A stretch of DNA of 53,495 bases, filler included, from Jimgerdemannia flammicorona (lineage: Eukaryota): NCBI GenBank assembly GCA_003990765.1. It is 2 parts of 2 records of this genome, joined end to end, with 100 filler letters (N's around TTAATTAATTAA, not from the genome) between each part and the next. Parts side by side here need not be neighbours in the genome. Positions count along the whole stretch, not along the records: positions 1 to 26,706 come from RBNJ01000704.1; 1 more part is not named here. One strand, given 5' to 3'. The position numbers and the translations under genes are program-made. A model generated the notes under the pieces. That model was given only the letters and a program-made list of their open reading frames with translations. It searched no databases and was not told where the DNA came from. Shown in pieces: positions 1-12,456 of this stretch. Position 1 is the stretch's first letter; every line of letters begins with the position of its first letter.

Positions 1-232
1 TCTTGGTGCTCAGTATATATGCATTTGGTCCTGATTGGTAAGGTTCCGTTTGTGTAGATCTTGTGTTCCGTGACTTCGTATTGACTCAGCTTTGTGCGCT
101 GTGACTTCGGTTTGACTCAGCTTCATGATCACACAGGTGATTTCCAGATTTGTTCAGAGGTCGCGTGTGATTTCAGTGGCTTGTTCAGAGGGTGACGTAT
201 AATTTCGGTGGCTTGGGGGTTGTGCGCTTACA
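1..232 (-). mobile_element. 5' end of a type-A LTR of the Ty3/Gypsy family, inverted and cut by the window edge
   Basis: Reverse complement begins TGTAAGCGCACAACCCCCAAGCCACCGAAAT and aligns with the LTR start at 10408. It abuts an intron-like stretch of the hAT relic. Confidence 0.9.
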
Positions 233-269
233 GAAACTCTGCAAAAACTCACTCTCCTTTTCTTTGAAC

Positions 270-850
270 AGTGCTGGACCCACACTTAAAGCTACAATAC
301 CATAAAGATCAGGGCTGGGAGCAGCACTTCATTGAGAGAACCAAGCAAGCTATAATCGAAGTGTATCAGAAAAACTACACACTGCTACAAGGTTCTGACC
401 AAAGTCTGGATGAATATGCCAAGAGTTCCCTCCTGTCTCACATTTACTTTAGCAGAAAGAGGAAGAGGGAGCTGTCAGTGGAAGAGCTGCCATTAATAGA
501 TGAACTTACCATTTACCTCACCAGCAACCACATGGTCCTGTTGGAGGGCATGGAGGTGCTCAACTGATGAAAGGTGGGTTGTCAGGTGGGTATTATCAGA
601 CAGGCATTGGGCCAATTTAACCCACCAATCTAACCACTGCTCTACCCACCAGGGCATGCAGCTGCATCAAATGGACTTCCCTAGCCTTTGTGGTATGGCT
701 TGGGACTACCTGGCAATTCCTGCCTCCAGTACTCCCATCTAGCAGGTGTTCTCAGGTGGGGTGGACCTCATTGCCCCAAAGAGGTATGTGCTGAATGCTG
801 AGACAATCTGGGCATATATGTATCTGAAGTCTTAGTGGGGCTCAGGCTGA
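270..850 (+). pseudogene. hAT-superfamily transposase, C-terminal part with dimerisation domain, inactivated
   Basis: Reads LDPHLKLQY...DELTIYL...VLN**K, where NWWK has both TGG changed to TGA. An intron follows at ~574-661 (GT..CTAAC..CAG). The last exon reads LHQMDFPSLCGMAWDYLAIPASSTPI*QVFSGGVDLIAPKRYVLNAETIWAYMYLKS*WGSG, matching the hAT C-terminal pattern WW..FP.L..MA.DYLAIPA.S...ERVFS. Confidence 0.85.
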
Positions 851-1035
851 TAAAATTCGGCAGGTCCACAGATAAGTTGGTTGGCCTTGTGGAATATTTA
901 ATACCTTTCAAATTAATACCTTTCAAAATAATAAAAAAGGAAAAAAAAACCTAAGGACTCAGCCCAGAGTTTGCAGCCCAAGTGAGGCAGGGTTGGCAGT
1001 GGTGGCAGAGAAAGCATATAATATTTATGGCCCTC

Positions 1036-1456
1036 AGCCAGCAGCAAGGGGCAGCCTCAAGCTGCCAGTGCCCAGGTCAGTGGGTGGGTCAGTGGGCGGA
1101 TCAGTGGGTCAGTGGAGAGAGCATGCAAAATTTGTAGCCCTCCACCAGCAGCAAGGGGCAGCCCCAAGCTACAAGTGTCCGGGTTGGGGGATAGGCGGAG
1201 GGAGCATGCAAAATTTGTAGTCCTCTGCCAGCAGCGAGGGGCAGCCCCAAGCTGTCAGCGCCCAGGTCAGTGGGTGGGGTCGGTTGGTGGGTTGGCAGGC
1301 ATGGAGTCGGCAGAGAGAGCATGCAAAATTTACAGCCCTCTGCTGGTAGCAAGGGGCAGCCCCAAGCTGCAAGTATCTGGGATGGGCAGGGCAGGTGGAG
1401 GGAGCATGCAAAATTTGTAGCCCTCCACCAGCAGCATAGGGGCAGCCCCAAGCCGC
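1036..1456. repeat. GC-rich minisatellite, ~85-115 bp units, 4-5 copies; probably subterminal repeats of the hAT element
   Basis: GAGCATGCAAAATTT recurs at ~1119, 1203, 1317 and 1403. GCAAGGGGCAGCCCCAAG-like blocks recur five times. Confidence 0.8.
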
Positions 1457-1989
1457 CAAGGAGTCTGGGGTGGAGGGTGCTTCTGGCAGTCAGAGGGTGC
1501 TTCTGGCAGTCAGAGGGCATTTTTGGTGGTCAAAGTCACTGGTTTGGATCCCATGGGCACCCCAGCCCTGCGCCGCAGTGCTGCACTGGCGGCACTATAG
1601 AGCAGGGCCGAGGGACCAGTAGGGCCCTGCATAATGGCTAAGCTTGTGCTATATAAGAGGTGCCCAGCTCACATAAGACTGCCCAACTCACACAAAATAG
1701 CTACCTAACCCGACCAATCTGCTCAAAGAACCCCAGATCATAGCCGCCATTACCATATAGGTCGTGTCGTACTCACATACAGTTTGCTCTTCAACAGTAC
1801 TTCTAAAGTTTCAGTAGGGATACAGAATCTTGTGTATCCCTGAAATTATATCAAAAAGAGTATGTTAGTAAAGAGTGTGATTTATCTGGGGAGGGGTTAA
1901 AAAAAAAGGGAGATGAGTGTGGGGGATTTCGGAACTCTGGAACCCACCCTTTGCCAGTGTTGCAGTATACCCAATTCCCATCCAAACCC

Positions 1990-3237
1990 CCCCTCCTTGC
2001 TTTTTTTGCCCCCTCTTTCCTGCCATCTGGTATTTGATGCAATCCTCGCAAATTTCATTGATATAGTAGTGAAGCTCATCACCATAGAGGTTCCTTACTA
2101 CCATCACAACCACCTCTCTATGTTCATTAATAAAGATATGGTTCTCTTTGTTGTTAGTTACTCCTGCTGGCCAATGGACCCCTTGGTCAAGTATGATTGG
2201 CTCTGATTTGAATATAGACCCCCAAGCCTTGATGACGATGCTGGTACTGCTCATGCTGAACATCTTGCCCTCGAATTTCTCTATTTGATCAGATATTGGA
2301 CATGGTTGAACTCAGGTAACTTTGAACTCTCCTTTTCAATGGAACTGAGCCCTGATCTGAGGGACCGAGATAAGTATGTGGACAGGTTGCATATAGATGA
2401 GTTGCATGCAGATGGATTGTGGGTGGGTGGGTTACATATAGGCAGGTTGCATGTGGGTAGGTTACAGGTGGGTTGCATGTGGGCAGGTTGCATGTGGGCA
2501 GGTTGCATGTAGGCAGGTTGTATGTAGACAGGTTGTATGCAGGCAGATTGCATGTGGGTGTGGGTGTTTTTTAGGAGGAGACTACATAAAAATGAAATTA
2601 AATAAAACATGGAGATGGGTATTTCAGAAAAAGAGTGTGAGTGAGTGAGTGAGTGAGCTGCATGCTGATGAGTTGCATGCCAATGAGTTGCATGCCAACA
2701 AGTTGTATGAGTTACACAAGATTGCTTATGAAGGCTTACTTCTATTCCTTTTGAGACCTCTGCCATGTGATGCATTGACTCAACAGCTCAGCCACCAAAG
2801 GCATGCCCTGCAATGTCCACCAGCCTTTCTTCATCTTGACCAGATGTTGCAAATAAAGTTGGCAGATCTTGCCATAGAGCTGTGGACCCTAAGAAAAGCA
2901 TGAGGTGAATTGGATCATACTGGGGAAGTTTAAATAAATACAAGTAAACAAGTGGTAGCTGAGTGAGCAACCTACATCTACTATTAGCTGCTCCAAAAAG
3001 GCTGCCACGTACATAGTTGTAAGGTCTGTGAATTCTAAGGTCCAAAGGGCTGCCATGAGTTGTTGCCAGAATTCTCCCTCATCCCTGCCATCGCCATCAC
3101 CATCACCACTGCCACTGCTGTCACCTCTTTAGCTCTCAATGAGCAGCTTGTGTGCTGTCCATATATGTAAGAAAGAATCTAACATTGTCAGTAGAGAGTG
3201 TGTTTCCACCTCGAATACTCCCTCTTTTGATAATCAT
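1990..3237 (-). pseudogene. Putative spliced, stop-disrupted gene of unknown function inside the DNA-transposon-like region
   Basis: Minus-strand exon-like segments, mostly bounded by GT/AG: MIIKRGSIR, then ...GDGDGRDEGEFWQQLMAALWTLEFTDLTTMYVAAFLEQLIVD, then YDPIHLMLFLG...EVSKGIE, then IRAQFH*KGEFKVT*VQPCP...EDCIKYQMAGKRG. The stops are of the TGA/TAA type expected from C->T. Confidence 0.4.
2381..2556. repeat. 15-bp tandem repeat (CAGGTTGCATGTGGG-like)
   Basis: About 11 degenerate units are visible. A related GAGTTGCATGCCAAT array lies at ~2655-2715. Confidence 0.85.
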
Positions 3238-3465
3238 TACAGGGTGAAAAATGAGTAGACTGGACCAATATACAAATTAAGGGCTGCTGTTTTTTTTGCT
3301 CATGATGTGGCAGGAAAGAACAAAGAAAAAGAACAAAGAAAAAGAACAAAGAAAAGAACAAAAGAAGAGAGGGAGCAAAAGGAAAGGGTGATGTCACCAA
3401 AGTGCAGTAGGAAAAAAAAAACAAGAGTGAAATGAACAAAAGAAAGGGTGATGTCACCAAAGATT

Positions 3466-3727
3466 TCAATCTGGATGGATTAATCTGGATGGACCAATTC
3501 AGATGGACCAATCCAGATAGACCAATCCAGATGGACCAATCCAGATGGACCAATCTAGATGGACCAATCTGGATCAATCCAGATAAATCAATTCAGATGG
3601 ATTAATCTGGATTAATCTGGATCAATCCAGATCAGATCATGAGACCAATCCAAGTTAATTCGAATCCATCACATGACGAATCTGAATCGAATCTCATCTG
3701 GATCAACTCCATCCATTCAGAGCACTA
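3466..3727. repeat. 15-bp GATGGACCAATCCAG tandem array ending in a possible DNA-transposon terminus
   Basis: More than 8 units. The array ends at ...TTCAGAGCACTA (reverse complement TAGTGCTCTGAA), a hAT-like TIR start. No partner TIR was found. Confidence 0.65.
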
Positions 3728-3986
3728 TTCTTGCCTTTCCTCAGTCAACCCTTCAATTTAATCAATAGCTAACTCTCCTTTACCTTATCAGTAAAGCTCA
3801 TCCTTATGGTCTCCTGTCTCCCAGTACTGTCTTCTTCTCTTTCATGTCCTCTAGCCAGCAAGTCTCTCATGCTTCCCTCCAAGCTATGACTTCTCTCTAC
3901 ATACTGCTAGTCAAATACACTAGGGCTACCCTGCCCAGTATATATCTCAGAATACTCATTGGTTACCATGTTTCTAATACCTATTC

Positions 3987-4232
3987 TGTAAGCATACAAC
4001 CTCTAAGCTACTAAAATCACATATCACCCTCAGAACTAATTCAGAAACTACATATAAGATTACAAAACAAGTTACTGAAGAGATCACCTAGTTATACAAA
4101 ATATACCAGCAAGCATGAGAACTTACTATCAAGATATGAAAATATTAGAAGAAGTACTACAACTATAAGACTGACCCTGAACCTCTATAACTAGTTTTAG
4201 TACTATACTATCATAAAAGGAAACTGAAGCAT
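3987..4232 (+). mobile_element. Truncated type-B LTR (5' 245 bp)
   Basis: Starts TGTAAGCATACAACC and aligns to the reverse complement of 25321-25085. It is fused directly to gag sequence. Confidence 0.85.
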
Positions 4233-7200
4233 CCACTAACAACCTGACCCCAAACCAGAAGCAGGTCCAGCTACAGCCCTACCTGAACCCAAAACCAATA
4301 GTGAACTAGAACTTGACTTTGAATTAAGTCTATCTGAAATCAGATATATAACTGATTCTGTCTACTTTAATACTGAGCAAACCCAATTACACAGAGACCA
4401 AACCAAAGAGAAAGAGTGAATTTGATCCCAGATATACTACTGAAGGAGATGCACCTCTATTAGGACAGAACATACCTATATAGCAACAAACTGCTATCTA
4501 TTGAGCCCTTACTCCTGACCTATAACTACTACTCTAGCAACTTATACAAACTCAAAGAATACTCTCACACACTGCTCCAGTACCTCAAGTAGTACTGGTA
4601 ACACCACTACCAATAGTCCAAGCACCTCCAGTAAACAATATAGCAAACCAACAGATTCTAGACCTTACAGCCCAGATAGCAATAATAGCAGCAACCATTA
4701 CTGCCTTAGTTGAACAGATCTGACCAACCAAAAATCTGAGCCTACCTACCTTCAATGGTACTATACAAGAAGTCCAAAGCTTTATTAGTGTAGTTGATAC
4801 CAACTTTGAAGCCAATCAATGGACCAATGAGTAAGTTGCTGACTACCTTTTGACAAACAATCAAGACTACACTCTGGAACAACTCTTTACTACTACTACA
4901 GCCTATGTCCATTGAGTTGTTACATTCTTCTGAGGATCTGCCAAAGAATAGTGGTGAACCCTTTCTGAAAAATTCCTCACATAGGATACCTGACCTGCAG
5001 TAGTTGCCCAGAATGCAGCAAACAATGCTCCAGGATATAGAGCCCATCCTGCAGCCCCTGGACTCAAACAACTCATGATTGCCCAATACTACAGTGAAAC
5101 CATGATCACTGAATCTCAAGTCAAACTCTGTAACCTCAAATTCAATATACATAGCAAGGAGGAATTTGAAACCTTCTATATAAAACTTGAGTCACTCCTG
5201 AACACTGTTGGCCTAGGATATATGGCCAATGATGAAGCACAAAATAGTATAAGAGCAGATCATTTATTTGATATATTATCTGAATAGCTTACTAGAAAAA
5301 TCTGAGAACAAGGCCACCCAGTTGGTTGTGATTACCAACAATGGTACTTGGTAAGAATCAAGACTATGATCAAGCAAATCTTAACAGCTGGATCAATTCT
5401 GCCCTGAAGACAATTCAACAACAAAGAAAAGACTTAGACCAAGAAAGAAGAATCCAAGCATGAAGTATCTCAAGCTCCCTCTACATCCACCTTATGGATA
5501 CTCAGAAATCATGAACCCACCCAGCTGAGTACCTTTAAGAAACTCACTGAAGGGGAAAGAAATGAACTTTGAAGAAGTGGAGCATACTTTTATTACTGAA
5601 AGACAGGATATATAATCAGTACCTGCCCTAATCAAAAACCCCAAACAGCAACACAAGTAACTATTACTACTCTGTACCACCTCAATAACCTGACTACCAG
5701 AATACTGGATATTATCAAGTTAAGGCAAACTGCTAAGACCCCAACCAAAGAAAGTCCAAAGGCAGCTGGATATAACCTATATGTAGCCGAAGAAGCTACA
5801 GTTTTTAACTGAGAAATCAAACAAATCTACACAGAAATCAGCATACAAATCCCTGAAGGACATGTTGAAAGAATATATTATTACAGTAGCCTAGTATTGA
5901 AAGGACTCTCAGTAGAAGGAGGAGTCATTGATGAAGATTATACAGACAAAATTATTATTCTTATCAGAAACTACAGTTGGACACCATTTAAGATCTTCAT
6001 TGGTTTCTGTATTACTCAGATCCTATTTGAGAAAATTGAATCAACTCTAACAGTCAAGGAAGTCCCTGAACTACTGCCCACCATCTGATGATCTAAAGGA
6101 TTCAGCACATTAAATAAGGCTCCAGCCCAACATACCATGAACAAAGAAAAACAATTCTACAAGAAGATCAAAAATGGATATATACCAAGTGGCCAATGCC
6201 TCCATGGCATTGGAATGTACTCTTCTCAAATGATTGACAATTGCTTCTCTTATGTAAATAAATTGGCTTAAAGAATAATCAATAGAAGGAAAGCTCCTAT
6301 AACCAAAATCACTACCATTGGATCAGACAAACTGCTTACACTTCAAGCTTTTGTCAACTGAGCACCTGTCAAGATTATAATAGACAGCAGTGTCTCAGGC
6401 AACTTCATCAACAAAGAAACAGCCAACAGACTCAAGGTCCTGACATCTCTAGTATAACAAACTCAAGCAGTTGCTATAGCTGATGGAACCTCACATGTTA
6501 TTAGCAAGGAAGTCCACAATCTACCCTTCCAAATTGGTAACTACCAAGTATATATTACCCTCTAGATTGTACCACTTCCTGATAATAAAATCATCCTTGG
6601 GACTCTATGGTTAAAATAAGAGAACCCTATGATCGATTAGGTAAACCATTTTCTGATCATCAAGAAAGGATGCCACAACTTCAAACTATAAGGCAAAAGG
6701 GACCCACTTAGTTCTAGTGACTCTGGACCAAAGATCACCCATATCAATAAGCTACAGCTTAAGAAATTGGCCAAGAAATACTCTTTTTTTGCCATTCCCA
6801 TCTGTCTATCTAAAGGAGAACCCGAGAATGCTGAAGAAGACTTTTCCAAAGTTAACAGCCATATCAGACCCCTACTTCAGAAATTCTGAGATATATTCCC
6901 AAAGAAACTTCCAAAAGGCCTATCACCTAAATGAGCAGTAAACCATACCATCAAGACCATCCCAGATGTCAAATCAGCCTTTAAGTCAATCTACCACATG
7001 TCTCTAAGAGAAATTGATACACTCAAGAAAGAAATTGATGAGCTCCTGGAATAAGGATTCATCAGACTCAGTGTATTACTCATGATGCACCAGTCCTCTT
7101 TATTGTCAAGAAAGGAGAAGATCTGTAAATATGCATTTATTACCATGACCTCAATGAACAAACCATCAAGAACTATTGCCCACTACCCAGAATCGATGAA

Positions 7201-9351
7201 ATATTTGATAGACTTACCAACCTATAATTTATGAGCTCTTTTGACTTGTGAAATGGTTATTGGCAAATTGCTATAAAAGAAGAAGATATCTATAAGATAG
7301 TCTTCCAAACCCGCTATAGACACTTTGAGTTCTTGATTATGCCTTTTGGCTTAACTAATGCTCCTACAACCTTCTAGACACTAATGAATATCATCCTGCA
7401 CCCATATATAGACAAATTTGTTATTATCTATATTGATGACATCCTAGTCTTCAGCAAAACCCTAGAGAAACTTGAACACCTTGAACTAGTACTACTGAAA
7501 CTCTGAGAAAACTGACTCTTTGCAAAACTCAGCAAGTGTGAATTTCTCCTGAAAGAAATTCAATTCCTTAGACACATTGTCATACCAAATGGAATTAAAG
7601 TAGATCCTAGCAAAATCTCTGCAATCAAGGATTGGCCCAGACCCAAGAAGCTGAAAGACTTCTAGTTATTCCTGGGATTAGCAAACTATTATAGGTGATT
7701 TGTTGTCAACTTTGCTAAAATCACTACTGCCCTCACCCAAATGACCAAGTACAATAAGAAATAAGAATAACCCTGGACCATAAAATAAGAGAAAGACTTC
7801 AACAATCTTGTAAATTAGGGACCTAAATAAGATATAGTCTTTCAAGCACTAAAAGATGCCTTAATAACCACTCCAGTACTTCAAGTGGCAAATCCTGCCC
7901 TACCATATGAAGTTATTACTGATGCCTCTGACCTAGCTCTTAGAGCAGTACTCATGCAAGAAGGACACCCTGTGGCCTATCATTCTCATAAGTTCAATGA
8001 TACTGAAATCAACTATGCAACCCATGAAAAGGAAATACTAGCCATTGTAGACACTCTGATCAAATGGTGACCATACTTAGAAGGAGCATACTTCACTGTA
8101 TTGACTGACCATAAGTCATTAGTCAACATCAAGACCTAGGCTACTCTTTCCTGAAAGTAAGCCAGATGGATGAAAGTTCTTACCAACTTTGACTATGAAA
8201 TCCAGTATCAGCCTGATAAGGAAAATATTGTTGCTAATGCAATCTCCAGACCACCAATTGAAGAAGTTATCCAAACTCTCATCCTGATTACCAACACTAT
8301 TATAAAACAAATTATTGCAGCATGTGCTAATGATAAGGAAGCCCAAGCACTCTGAGAAGTCCTGAGCAGTGACAATACCAACAAGCATACCCAGTATAAC
8401 CAATACCAACTGAAGGACAATACTATCTACTATAAGAACAGATTATATGTTCCAAACAACTGAGACCTCTGAAGAACTATCCTATTCAAATGTTATGATG
8501 CCCCTACAGCTGGATATTTAGAATTTGACAAATACTATGAAGTTATTTTCCAAAACTTCTATTGGCCTCATATGGCAGATCAGCTCAAGACCTACATTAC
8601 TTCCTATAATGCCTGCCAATAGAACAAGTCCTCAATACTAGCAAAACCTGGACTACTCCACCCCATCTCAGTACCATCTGCTAATTGGGAATAAATCTCT
8701 ATGAACTTCATTGTATAACTACCCTGAACCAAGAACAGAAAAGATGCAATTGTTGTCTTTGTGGACTATCTTAGCAAGTAAGCCCACTTTGTACTAACTA
8801 CTACTACTGTAACAGTACTAGACATAGCTACACTCTTGTTTGACAATATTTTATGCTATCATGGTCTTCCTAAGATCATTATTAATAATTAAGACCCAAA
8901 ATTCATCAGCTATTTTTGGAAAGCCCTCTATGCATACCTTGGAATGAAACTTGCACTATCCACAGCCTTTCACTCCGAAACTGATGGCCAAACTGAAAGA
9001 ATGAACCAAACTCTAGAACAAATGCTAAGGAACTATATTTCCTATAGACAAGATGATTGGCATGAATATCTCACCACAGTCAAGTTTGCCTATAACAACA
9101 GCAAGCAAGCCTCTCTTGGAATGACTCCATTCTTTACCAATATAGGACAAAACCCAAACATCTCTCTGACACTTATCTAGACCACTGATGAACCTTCTAC
9201 AGTCAAAGCTATTGAAGAATTCTTGCTCTGAATGTACAATCTAAGCCAGATTGCAATCGAGAATTTGTTACAAGCTCAAGAACAACAGTCACAATATTTT
9301 AACTAGCACTGTCAAGAGAAAACTTTTGACATTGGAGAAAAAATTCTACTG
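4233..9351 (+). mobile_element. Degenerate Ty3/Gypsy internal region, copy 1 (partial gag, dUTPase, PR, RT, RNase H, integrase)
   Basis: Colinear with 14187-19312 at an offset of ~9960. Motifs: [54 protein letters not shown]. Many premature stops. Confidence 0.95.
5705..6112 (+). pseudogene. Retroelement dUTPase domain, copy 1
   Basis: AAGYNLY, GGVIDEDYTDKI, ITQIL and SKGFST are degenerate versions of the trimeric dUTPase motifs. Confidence 0.85.
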
Positions 9352-9988
9352 GGTATTTGCAGGATATAGTCATTAGAGTATAAGAAGGTTCTGTCTGTAG
9401 TTTGAATATACTCAATATACTTATGGTTAAGTTCTTATACTATATTATTGATTTAGCCATAGGATAGAGTAGTAACTATTTTAGCAGTAGTAACTTAGAG
9501 GTAGAGAATAAAGGTGCTATACTCATAAAAGAGTTCTCAGTATTTGTAGGTGATGAGTTTCTGGTATTGAGACATCTGAGTAATATATATATCATAGTAG
9601 TATTCAACCATATCTTCCAGAAGATGGCCAATCTGATAATAGCTTAAGATTTGTCTAATTCAGTAGACTTTGTTGAATATATTCAAAGTATTCTATCAGA
9701 CTTCTATAAAGTAGAGGGGTGTTAGATTATAGATATTCATAGGGGGTAGAGGAGGTATATCTTGGTTGACAATGATATTCTAAATATCAGTATGAATGTG
9801 ATTGTAGATCTCAGTGATCATAGTTGTGTATTTGTTCAAGAGTTGTAATTATTTGTTTAGTTTGTTGTAGTTCTCTATTTCAATATATCTGAGTACTCAG
9901 TATATATATATTTAGTCCTAATTGGTAAGGTTCCATTTGTATAAATCTTATATTCTATGACTTTGAGTTGACTCAGCTTTATACTCTA
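9352..9988 (-). mobile_element. Inverted type-A LTR fragment; continues at 25349-25451 after the nested insertions
   Basis: Reverse complement of the LTR ORF region. The sequence ...TCAGCTTTATACTCTA resumes as CTCTGTGACTTTGGTTTAACTCAGC at 25349, matching the uninterrupted copy at 1-232. Confidence 0.85.
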
Positions 9989-10664
9989 TATAAGTGCACA
10001 ACCTCCAAGCTACTGAAATCACACATCACCCTCTGAATAAGCCACCGAAATCACACGCAACCTCCAAATAAATCTAGAAATCATCTGCTCAATTATGAAG
10101 CTAAGTCAAACCAAAGTTACAGCATACAAAGCTGAGTCAACCTGAAGTCACAGAACACAAGATTGACATAAACAAAATCTTACCAATCAGGACTGAATGT
10201 ATATATACTGAGCAGCAAGACACATTGAAACAGAGAACCAAAACAAACAATAATCACACATACAAACATGACCACCAAGATCTACAACTGTATCTGTACT
10301 GATATTTGGAATACTATTGTCAACCAAGCCACACCACCTCTGCCACTCATGAATATCCATAGCCTAGCACCTCTCTACTTTGTAGAAGCCTGATGGAATG
10401 CCCTGAATGTAAGTGCACAACCTCCAAGCTACTGAAATCACATGTCACCCTCTGAACAAGCTACCGAAATCACACACGACCTCCGAACAAATCTGGAAAT
10501 CATCTGCTTGATCACAAAGCTGAGTCAATATGAAGTCACAGAACATAAGATTCACATAAATGGAATCTTACCAATCAGGATCAAATGCATATATACCGAG
10601 CCCTGAGATGCATCAAAACAGAGAACCAAAACAAACAACAACCATAACTTCCAAATATACAAAT

Positions 10665-11762
10665 ATGATCACTGAGATCTACAATTGCATCTGCACTGAC
10701 ATTTGGAATGTCATTGTCAACCAAGCTACACCCTCTCTGCCCCTCATGAATATTCATAGCCTAGCACCCCTCTACTTTATGGAATCCTGATGGAATGCCC
10801 TGAACATGCTTAACAAGGCCCACTGAATTGGACAAATCTCAAGCTACTACCAGATTGGCCGCCTCCTAGAAGACATGATCAAACACTATCATGATACAGA
10901 TATGACCCAGATGTCTCAACATCAGAAGCTCATCACCCGCAAACACCAAGAACTCTTCTTCAAGTATAGCACTGTTATTTCTCACCTCTGAGTTACTACA
11001 GCTAAAATGTTTGCTATTCTGTCTTATGGCCAAATCGATGACATGATACAAGAACTCAACCACAAGTACCTCGAGTATGTTAAAACCACAGATAGAACCT
11101 TCCCACACTCCAACAATCATATCCTGCAAATGCCCCAAGTTGGATATACCATGAAGGACATCTATGATATAATCCACTTCGATGAAGATGAAGTAGAAGA
11201 CAATGATCTCTCTGATACTGACATGACCTCAAGCCAAGGATCTCTACCAACCCTGATCATACTGCCAACCTTGCTGATGAACTTATAACAGTTTATAACC
11301 ACCTACAAGACCTATTAGGACAATGACCATTGGCATAAATACTAACCCATGTTCACTCCCGATTACTTCAACTACAATGAAGAGACTGGAGAACACAACC
11401 TGTACCTTCAGACAACCCTTGACATTGAACCAATCACTTCACCACCCAAGTATGAGTGACATGAACCACAGCCACCAGCTTACTACAATCCTGTAACTCA
11501 TAGTATTGTAACCTATGGAAGGTACATAGACAGTGAATCTGAGAAAAGTGAAGATGATGCATCCCTCCTTTACCTGCCAATACCTTACCTAGTATATGAG
11601 ACTGATGATGTCATTTTGTGGAACAGAGACAAAGTCTCAATATATTACTATCTCAGTGAACAAGGAGAAGTAATCCGCAAACCACTCTTCCTAGATAACT
11701 ACTTCATCAGAGATGATACAATTAATAATGATATCATCGAAGACTACCCAGACAGTGCCTAA
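10665..11762 (+). pseudogene. LTR-encoded ORF A (365 codons, unknown function), 5'-LTR copy
   Basis: One frame from MITEIYNCI to IIEDYPDSA*. Most internal stops are CGA/CAA/TGG in another LTR copy. The length is 1098 nt in three copies. Confidence 0.75.
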
Positions 11763-11950
11763 ACCATAAATAGCTTAGTAGTCATAGTATAGTTAGATTA
11801 TTCTTATACAATATAACTGTGAACTGACTCAGCAGTCAGATGATCTCTTGACATGTCAGATCACTCTTGTACTATGTAACTGCATTCCAACTCAGCAAGG
11901 TACTTAGTGCTACATCCATATTCAGCATAGTCCAGATAGCTCCTCACCAG

Positions 11951-11956
11951 TATAAA
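11951..11956 (+). promoter_or_regulatory. Putative LTR TATA box
   Basis: AGTATAAA followed by a C-rich run, seen at the equivalent position in the LTR copies (~21478, ~23380, ~25926, and ~24325 on the minus strand). Confidence 0.5.
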
Positions 11957-12444
11957 CACCCCCTGCCCCAGACCTCAGAATCTCAGACTCGAACACACAA
12001 GAACATTCCTGAACACTTCCCCACAATACTCCTTTACACAACTACTCCTAGTATAGCAATATCATGAATAACAAATAAACTTATATATGTAATAACCCAC
12101 AAACCACTCTTAAGTAAATCTGCTCCCTGTTAGGTCCCACTCCTAACTCCGTCATGAAATTTCCTAATTGGGTATTATCTGCAGTGATACACCAATTCAA
12201 CTAAGCTGGTCTTAGTTTCTTGAACTTTCTGAAATACAGAAAATTCTGAATATTCAGAACTAGTCTGAAAAAGGACTTTGGTTGAGACATCAACCTGATC
12301 TTGAAATCAATAAGCATAGAGGACATACTCCATATGAAATTGATCTTGATCTTAAGAAAATGGTCTTCCAGAATATTCAGAACTTCCAGAAAACCCTTCC
12401 AGAACTATGTAAATGTTACCCTAAAAAGCAACTCTCTTACAACT

Positions 12445-12456
12445 TGGTAGCAGTGG
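12445..12456 (+). other. Primer-binding site, probably initiator tRNA-Met
   Basis: TGGTAGCAGTGG lies 3 nt after the 5' LTR. TGGTAGC is complementary to the ...GCTACCA 3' end of eukaryotic tRNAi-Met. Confidence 0.75.

Larger units (their letters stand above)
10408..12441 (+). repeat. 5' LTR (type A, 2034 bp)
   Basis: TGTAAG...CTTACA inverted termini; direct repeat of 19935-22228. Confidence 0.95.

Noticed and set aside
993..1641. Several overlapping ORFs of 75-139 aa
   Set aside because: By-products of a GC-rich minisatellite with no protein-like features.
10665..11762. Interpreting the LTR ORF as an env gene
   Set aside because: No signal peptide or transmembrane segment is evident, and it lies inside the LTR rather than between pol and the PPT.
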